Of a DNA stretch of 12,228 nt, positions 7,269 through 12,228 are shown in pieces. How positions within the stretch are numbered: position 1 is the first letter of the stretch; each line of letters opens with the position of its first letter. The stretch comes from an uncultured bacterium (lineage in GTDB: Bacteria; CAIJMQ01). The notes under the pieces are model-generated. The model did not search any database. It saw only the letters and a program-made list of their open reading frames with translations, and was not told the origin of the DNA. The DNA lies in the NCBI GenBank assembly GCA_964573245.1, contig CAZNJA010000039.1, positions 1-12,228 of the forward strand, written 5' to 3'. The position numbers were made by a program, and so were the translations under genes.

Positions 7269-7349
7269 TTTTTGGATTTGTCCGTTCCCCGAATGCTTTC
7301 TTCCTTGCGGAAGGACCTCGACAGTTCGTAGAACTGGCGGATTCAAAAA
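7269..7349. other. Long imperfect hairpin / candidate structured RNA or repeat element
   Basis: TTTTTGGATTTGTC (7269-7282) pairs with GGCGGATTCAAAAA (7336-7349) using G-U pairs; further GTTC/GAAC and CGAAT/GTTCG helices; apical CTTCC-TTGC-GGAAG (7300-7313). Confidence 0.5.
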
Positions 7350-7389
7350 AAGAGAATCAGTAGGTTACTTCTCATCTTTTCTTCACTCT

Positions 7390-7432
7390 ATCACGTGATA
7401 AATTGCTCGGCAATTTAAACGTGATCTTTCTA
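7390..7432. terminator. Hairpin between convergent genes, possible terminator
   Basis: ATCACGT (7390-7396)/ACGTGAT (7419-7425) enclosing TAAATTGC-TCG-GCAATTTA; followed on the plus strand by T-rich CTTTCTATTATTT. Confidence 0.4.
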
Positions 7433-7436
7433 TTAT

Positions 7437-8039
7437 TTATAATTTTTTGACTTGATATCTTATTATCGTCTTATAATCTTTGGGTTTTACGAGACGTAAA
7501 AGGTCGGGGCCTTGGAGGTACTCTTCTTCGTGGTCGCCGATTACCCGATAACCGTTATCCTGAATATATTTCATTAACTTTTCGGTTGTTGTTCCTTCTT
7601 CGTTGTATGCACCGGTGTGCAGAATTTCCGCGACTGTGCCATATTCCCAAGTGACAAGTTTTACATCGCTATTTTTTAAATCGGGAAGCTGGGTAAAATT
7701 ATCGGAAACCTGCATTGCGTATTTGCCGACCAAAGTTTGCATATTATTAAAATCACCTGACCAGCGCGCTTTGGGGGCTGGTTTGGATATAGTGTTTCCG
7801 GAGCCTTTCAGCGCATAAAATACCGAGAAAAGTTCTCCCATTGCTTTGGGCGCGGTTTCGTTGGGGTTGCCTGTCAGTTGGATCTCAATAACTTTTTGGT
7901 CCTGCATTTCGGTAATTCTTGCATCTTTTAAAAATTCGTATTGGCTTGTATCTACTATCATCATTCTTTCAATGAAGAATAATCCCATTGCAGATATGAC
8001 TAAAATAATACCAACGATTATAATTATTGCCTTTTTCAT
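7437..8039 (-). CDS. GyrI-like small-molecule-binding domain protein with N-terminal membrane anchor/signal
   Basis: MKK followed by a ~20-aa hydrophobic stretch; C-terminal AEILHTGAYNEE...GDHEEEYLQGP...YKTIIRYQV is typical of GyrI-like domains. Confidence 0.8.
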   Translation of the reverse strand: MKKAIIIIVGIILVISAMGLFFIERMMIVDTSQYEFLKDARITEMQDQKVIEIQLTGNPNETAPKAMGELFSVFYALKGSGNTISKPAPKARWSGDFNNMQTLVGKYAMQVSDNFTQLPDLKNSDVKLVTWEYGTVAEILHTGAYNEEGTTTEKLMKYIQDNGYRVIGDHEEEYLQGPDLLRLVKPKDYKTIIRYQVKKL

Positions 8040-8051
8040 GAGATTCTCTCC

Positions 8052-8759
8052 TTATTTTACCATCGCCTTTTTCCGCAAATTTTCCGGCATTTTTTCGATA
8101 GCATAACGAAACGCTGTGCGAGGCATAAGGTCTTTGTTTTTCATCACATAATCAAAAACTTCCTTTTGGTGTGTTCGGCTTGCTTCTTTTAAAAGCCAGC
8201 CGTAACCCTTTTGTACCATATCGTCTTTGTCCGTGAGTAAACTATCGGCTATTTCAAAGATGTCTTCCAGAAACATTCCCTTTCTTGCGGGAAGAATAAG
8301 TGCCACCGCAGAAGCGCGCCTTACCCATCTGTTTTTGGACTTCGTCCACTTTTTAAGTTCCTTTATAAACTTCGGAAATTTTTCTATAAACGCGCCTATC
8401 GTATGGTTGCAGAAAGCATCGCACTGCGCCCAGTTAGTGACGTGATTTTTTACCCATTTCTCGAATGTTTTGAAATCTTTGGGTTCGTAATGTTTGCGAA
8501 GCGAACGCGACCAATCGTAGGCGATGAAGGATTCTTCTATATATGCGGATTTTAAAAATTTTTCGCAGGCGGCGAATATATCTTTTTTGGGTTTGTGTTT
8601 TATGAGATGAAAATGTTCTTTTGCTATTTTAACGACGAGAGGAGTTTTTACACCGTGTGCCTTGATTTTTTCCTTGAAGAATCTTTGGAATGAGTTTTTT
8701 GTTTTAGCGGAAGAGTGTTTTTTCAGTTTCCTGCGGATATCGGTAATTATATTGTCCAT
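8052..8759 (-). CDS. DNA alkylation repair protein (AlkD-like HEAT-repeat family)
   Basis: GVKTP, NWAQCD, WTKSKNRWVRRAS, DMVQKGYGWLLKE and MPRTAFRYAIEK motifs; AAGGAGGA SD. Confidence 0.9.
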   Translation of the reverse strand: MDNIITDIRRKLKKHSSAKTKNSFQRFFKEKIKAHGVKTPLVVKIAKEHFHLIKHKPKKDIFAACEKFLKSAYIEESFIAYDWSRSLRKHYEPKDFKTFEKWVKNHVTNWAQCDAFCNHTIGAFIEKFPKFIKELKKWTKSKNRWVRRASAVALILPARKGMFLEDIFEIADSLLTDKDDMVQKGYGWLLKEASRTHQKEVFDYVMKNKDLMPRTAFRYAIEKMPENLRKKAMVK

Positions 8760-8787
8760 TGGTCAGTCCTCCTTTGGAATTGGTGAT

Positions 8788-8796
8788 ATTATAACA
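8788..8796 (-). promoter_or_regulatory. Extended -10 promoter for the alkD-like/gyrI-like pair
   Basis: Minus strand TGTTATAAT (consensus TGnTATAAT) ~30 nt upstream of the start codon. Confidence 0.6.
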
Positions 8797-8833
8797 AATG
8801 TCTTTTTAAATGTTACCCAGCATAGCGGATAAA

Positions 8834-8862
8834 TTGACAACAGTTATCTATTCTGGAAAAAT
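8834..8862 (+). promoter_or_regulatory. Probable promoter of the tRNA cluster
   Basis: TTGACA (8834-8839), 17-nt spacer ending in TGG, then AAAAAT (8857-8862); the -10 is imperfect. Confidence 0.45.
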
Positions 8863-8894
8863 ACGTCCTGCAGCATTGATTTGAATTGAATAAT

Positions 8895-8982
8895 GGAGAG
8901 ATGGCTGAGCGGCTTAAAGCGTCCGATTCGAAATCGGATTTCCTGTAAGGGAACGGGGGTTCAAATCCCTCTCTCTCCGCCA
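8895..8982 (+). tRNA. tRNA-Ser(CGA)
   Basis: Acceptor GGAGAGA/TCTCTCC, anticodon arm TCCGA-TTCGAAA-TCGGA, long variable arm, T arm GGGGG-TTCAAAT-CCCTC, G73, encoded CCA. Confidence 0.96.
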
Positions 8983-8987
8983 TTTAC

Positions 8988-9054
8988 ATTGCGGATTTTA
9001 GATTTCGGAATGCGGAGAATAATAATTCGAAATCCGCATTCTGCAATCCGAAAT
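8988..9054. repeat. Inverted pair of heptamer tandem arrays
   Basis: ATTGCGG ATTTTAG ATTTCGG AATGCGG (8988-9015), then TTCGAAA TCCGCAT TCTGCAA TCCGAAA (9026-9053). Confidence 0.8.
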
Positions 9055-9060
9055 TGACAT

Positions 9061-9136
9061 GCCCCGATAGCTTAGTTGGATAGAGCGTTTCCCTGCGGAG
9101 GAAATGGTGGCCGTTCGAATCGGCCTCGGGGCACCA
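9061..9136 (+). tRNA. tRNA-Arg(GCG)
   Basis: Acceptor GCCCCGA/TCGGGGC, D loop AGTTGGATA with A20, anticodon arm TTTCC-CTGCGGA-GGAAA, T arm GGCCG-TTCGAAT-CGGCC, ACCA end; 76 nt. Confidence 0.95.
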
Positions 9137-9243
9137 CGTTAATCTTGTTAATGAAAAAAACGTTAACGAAACTAATGGTTATCGGTTTTCGAAAACCGAA
9201 CACCGTATTGTCTTGAACGATAACCGTCAGTAGATAAATTATT

Positions 9244-9330
9244 GGAGGAGTGGCAGAGCGGTTGAATGCGGCGGTCTTGAAAACCGTTAGATTCGTAAGA
9301 GTCTCAGGGGTTCGAATCCTCTCTCCTCCG
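9244..9330 (+). tRNA. tRNA-Ser(TGA)
   Basis: Acceptor GGAGGAG/CTCCTCC, anticodon arm GCGGT-CTTGAAA-ACCGT, long variable arm, T loop TTCGAAT, G73; followed by CCT rather than CCA. Confidence 0.95.
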
Positions 9331-9381
9331 CCTTCGGACTCTTGCGCCAAAGCTTCAGCGTCGGAGCACGGATACAATCCG

Positions 9382-9420
9382 CCAAAATTAAGCCCAAAAC
9401 TCCCCAAAATGCCCCAAAAT
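9382..9420 (+). repeat. Short direct repeats (C)CCCAAAA(T) at ~10-nt period
   Basis: CCAAAA at 9382, 9394, 9404 and 9414; the last two are identical CCCCAAAAT. Confidence 0.65.
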
Positions 9421-9442
9421 TAGCGTTTTTTGCATATTTTTG

Positions 9443-9471
9443 TTGATTTTTGTATAAAAATGTGCTATTTT
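9443..9471 (+). promoter_or_regulatory. Candidate promoter for peptidase-efp-accBC
   Basis: TTGATT (9443-9448), 17-nt spacer, TGC-TATTTT (hexamer 9466-9471); an alternative TATACT lies at 9471-9476. Confidence 0.4.
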
Positions 9472-9509
9472 ATACTGTTTTTAGTTTTTATTAAGCAAAA
9501 TTTAAAAAT

Positions 9510-10601
9510 ATGAATTACGAATTTCGCAGAAAGAAGCTCGTAAAAAAGTTAAAACGGGAGGGTGTGGACTTATTTTTAACGCTCTATTCTGCAAATGTGC
9601 GTTATTTGTGTCCGTCTTTTAAAGGAGAGGGAACGATTTTAGTTGTTAAAGACAGAACTATTTTACTTGTGGATTCTCGTTATACCCAGCAGGCAAGACT
9701 TGAGATCGAAGGCGAAGAAAATGTCGAAATCTCTGAAATGAAAAAACCCTTTTTGAAAAGTTTGCTGAAATTATTTTCCGAGACAGGTATAAAGAGCGTG
9801 GCTTTTGAAACAGAGCATACGAGTTATGCTTTTTTCGAAATGCTCAAAAAACATTGCAAAGGAATAAAACTTCACCCGGTAAAAGACTGGGTGGAAAATT
9901 TAAGGGTAATAAAAGACGATGAGGAAATTTCTCATATCCGTCGCGCTTGTAACATCGTTGATAAAGTGTTAGGAAAGGTTATAAGCGACATGAAATGGGG
10001 CAAGACGACTGAACTTGAGCTGGAAAACGAAATAGAATATAGATTTAAAAAAGAAGGTTCAGGGCATTTGCCTTTTAAGCCGATTATAGTCGGAGGAAGC
10101 AGGGCGTCTTTTCCACATGCGCATCCTACTTGCGAAACATTAAAGGAAAACGAATTCGTGATTGTGGATTGCGGCGCAAGTTTTGGGGGTTATGCCTGCG
10201 ACTTGACACGAACCATAGGTAAAAATATAATGGACGCGGAGAAAAAAGCTATATATAACCTTGTGTTGAAAGTCCAAGAAACCGCAATAAGCAATATCAA
10301 GCCAGGTGTTAAAACTTCCGATTTATGTAAATTGGTGCGCGAGATGTTTTGGGAGAAAGATGTCGCGCAATTTTTTATTCACGGGCTTGGGCACGGGGTT
10401 GGATTGGATATACACGAAGCGCCTTCTCTTTCTTCTCACGGAAGCGTGAAATTGAAAGAGGGTATGGTTATAACAATCGAACCGGGAATTTATATTCCCA
10501 ATAAATACGGAGTAAGAATAGAAGATACGGTATTGGTTACTTCGAAAGGGTATGAGGTGCTTACCGGCTTGTATAAAAGTTGTTGGCAGGGTTCTTCTTA
10601 A
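9510..10601 (+). CDS. Xaa-Pro aminopeptidase/dipeptidase (M24B family)
   Basis: DSRY N-domain motif; metal ligands in VDCGA, CDLTRT, HGLGHGVGLDIHE, TIEPGIY and GVRIED; typical position upstream of efp. Confidence 0.93.
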   Translation: MNYEFRRKKLVKKLKREGVDLFLTLYSANVRYLCPSFKGEGTILVVKDRTILLVDSRYTQQARLEIEGEENVEISEMKKPFLKSLLKLFSETGIKSVAFETEHTSYAFFEMLKKHCKGIKLHPVKDWVENLRVIKDDEEISHIRRACNIVDKVLGKVISDMKWGKTTELELENEIEYRFKKEGSGHLPFKPIIVGGSRASFPHAHPTCETLKENEFVIVDCGASFGGYACDLTRTIGKNIMDAEKKAIYNLVLKVQETAISNIKPGVKTSDLCKLVREMFWEKDVAQFFIHGLGHGVGLDIHEAPSLSSHGSVKLKEGMVITIEPGIYIPNKYGVRIEDTVLVTSKGYEVLTGLYKSCWQGSS

Positions 10602-10609
10602 AAAATGTT

Positions 10610-11182
10610 ATGGAAACCAGAAACGTTGTTCCCAACCAATTTACAAGAGGCATGTTCGTTTTTTATAACGGCGGAATTTTTAATATTATTGATTTTCATC
10701 ATATTAAAGTGGCCCAGCGCAGAGCAACCATGTCGGTTAGAATGAAAAATCTCGTTACAGGCAAGGTTTTGGAGCCGAGTTTAAGGTCTGACGAAACAAT
10801 ACAACAAGTTATAGTGGAAGATAAAGAGGTGACGTATCTTTACTCCGACAAAGGCTTTTTCCATTTTATGGAAACCGAAACAGGAAGAGAAATTGCTCTA
10901 CCTGCTGCAAAAGTAGGCGACCAGAAATTTTATATGAAAGAAGGAGATACGGTTTCTATCGCCGTCAGCGGAAAAGAATATATCACCTTAAAACTTCCCG
11001 TCTCCGTTGGACTCAAAATAACAGAAACCCCTCCGGGATTCAGAGGGGATACTGCAGCAGGCGGTTCCAAACCTGCAACGTTGGAAACGGGTCTTACCAT
11101 TAAAGTGCCTCTTTTTGTAAAAGAGGGGGAGATAGTAAAAGTTGATACTCGCACGGGTGAGTACTTAGAGAGGGCAAAATAA
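10610..11182 (+). CDS. efp: Elongation factor P (atypical loop)
   Basis: YLYSD..FHFM, TPPGFRGDTAAGGSKPATLETG, VPLFVKEGE and VDTRTGEYLERA. ATG at 10610 is preferred over TTG at 10580 because it gives 190 aa and no overlap. Confidence 0.93.
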   Translation: METRNVVPNQFTRGMFVFYNGGIFNIIDFHHIKVAQRRATMSVRMKNLVTGKVLEPSLRSDETIQQVIVEDKEVTYLYSDKGFFHFMETETGREIALPAAKVGDQKFYMKEGDTVSIAVSGKEYITLKLPVSVGLKITETPPGFRGDTAAGGSKPATLETGLTIKVPLFVKEGEIVKVDTRTGEYLERAK

Positions 11183-11682
11183 TGGACCTAAAAGAGTTGA
11201 AAAGGATTATTGCGATTTTTCAGAAGGCGAAAATCGCAGAGTTGGAAGTGGAGAGCAAAGACGGAGTAAGATTCAAGTTGAAAAAGGAAGTAAAAGATAG
11301 AAAAGTTCCTCTGCGGCAGGAAGTCCCTATGAAAGTTATCACTGTTCCCGCGCAACCTTTGGAACAGAATCAAAAACAACAGCAGGAGCCTAAATCTAAA
11401 GAGGAAATGCATGAAATAGTTTCTCCGATGATCGGAACTTTTTATATTTCTCCTGCGCCGGATTCACCGCCTTTTGTGGATATAGGACAGGCAATTAAAG
11501 AAGACGATACGGTATGTATCATCGAGGCAATGAAAATAATGAACGAGATAAAGGCGGATGTTAAAGGTAAAATTGTAAAAGTTTTGGCGGAAAACGGCAA
11601 GCCGGTAGAATTTGGACAGCCGTTGTTTTTGGTAGAACTTCCACACGATATAGAAAAGCAGATAGTAAAAGGAAGCAGATAA
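11182..11682 (+). CDS. accB: Acetyl-CoA carboxylase biotin carboxyl carrier protein
   Basis: SPMIGTFY and EAMKIMNEI biotinylation motif, VEFGQPLF; TAATG coupling with efp. Confidence 0.96.
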   Translation: MDLKELKRIIAIFQKAKIAELEVESKDGVRFKLKKEVKDRKVPLRQEVPMKVITVPAQPLEQNQKQQQEPKSKEEMHEIVSPMIGTFYISPAPDSPPFVDIGQAIKEDDTVCIIEAMKIMNEIKADVKGKIVKVLAENGKPVEFGQPLFLVELPHDIEKQIVKGSR

Positions 11683-11740
11683 AGGGGAAAATTTTTATTT
11701 TTTACTTCTTGTTGCTCTTTAATCATTACTTAATAAAAAA

Positions 11741-12228
11741 ATGTTTTCAAAAGTACTTGTAGCAAACAGGGGAGAGATAGCCGTAAGAGTTATAAGGACT
11801 CTGCGCGAAATGGGAATACGCGCGGTAGCCGTATATTCTCAAGCCGATAAAGATTCTCTTCATACCAAACTTGCCAATGAATCTATATGTATAGGTTCTG
11901 CGGCTGCTTCGGAAAGTTATCTTAACATGGCGGCGATAATCTCCGCGGCTGAGATAACAAATGTGGAAGCTATACATCCCGGTTATGGATTTTTGGCAGA
12001 GAATGCGCATTTTGCGGATGTGTGCTCTTCCTGTAATATAACTTTTATAGGTCCGTCTGCGGAAGCGATAAGATTGATGGGGGACAAGGTCCAGGCACGC
12101 AAAATTATGAAAAAAGCAGGAGTGCCTATAATCCCAGGAAGTGAAGATGTTGTAAATAATAAAGATGAAGCTTTGAAACTTGCTAGAAAGATTGGTTACC
12201 CGGTTATTATCAAAGCCGCAAAAGGCGG
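11741..12228 (+). CDS. accC: Acetyl-CoA carboxylase biotin carboxylase subunit (runs off window end)
   Basis: Not in the ORF track; translated by hand from ATG 11741: [26 protein letters not shown]...ESYLN...[13 protein letters not shown]...MGDKVQAR...[11 protein letters not shown]. Confidence 0.96.
   Translation, partial: MFSKVLVANRGEIAVRVIRTLREMGIRAVAVYSQADKDSLHTKLANESICIGSAAASESYLNMAAIISAAEITNVEAIHPGYGFLAENAHFADVCSSCNITFIGPSAEAIRLMGDKVQARKIMKKAGVPIIPGSEDVVNNKDEALKLARKIGYPVIIKAAKG

Noticed and set aside
7290-7325. SRP RNA call for the hairpin after the PAC2 gene
   Set aside because: The symmetric CAGG/AGCA loop spacing is not reproduced and the outer helix pairs poorly on that strand; kept only as an unexplained structure.
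9244-9330. Selenocysteine or suppressor tRNA
   Set aside because: Anticodon TGA reads UCA (Ser); tRNA-Sec would have TCA and a longer acceptor stem.
9072-9407. 111-aa minus-strand ORF
   Set aside because: It is the antisense read-through of two tRNA genes.
10580-10609. TTG-initiated N-terminal extension of EF-P
   Set aside because: It overlaps the peptidase gene; ATG at 10610 gives a normal-length EF-P.

Overview
Low-GC bacterial chromosomal window, probably from an anaerobe (inference from the four-subunit pyruvate:ferredoxin oxidoreductase and ferredoxin); I cannot assign the taxon. Gene order: porA (truncated by the window)-porD-porC-ferredoxin and trpS on the minus strand. On the plus strand: a stand-alone PilC/GspF-family gene, tsaB, malic enzyme and a PAC2-family gene. 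Next comes a convergent minus-strand pair (AlkD-like repair protein plus membrane-anchored GyrI-like protein), a three-tRNA cluster (Ser-CGA, Arg-GCG, Ser-TGA), and an Xaa-Pro peptidase-efp-accB-accC (truncated) operon. The most notable signals: (1) three copies of a small palindromic element with CCCGTTAGA...TCTAACGGG termini, each flanked by a short direct repeat; two sit at promoter -35 boxes and one encodes the TsaB C-terminus. (2) An AlkD + GyrI-like pair that mirrors yatakemycin-type genotoxin resistance genes. (3) tRNA-Arg with a GCG anticodon. (4) An EF-P lacking the PGKG loop. (5) A possible integration scar at the 3' end of tRNA-Ser(TGA). (6) An unexplained ~80-nt structured element after the PAC2 gene.
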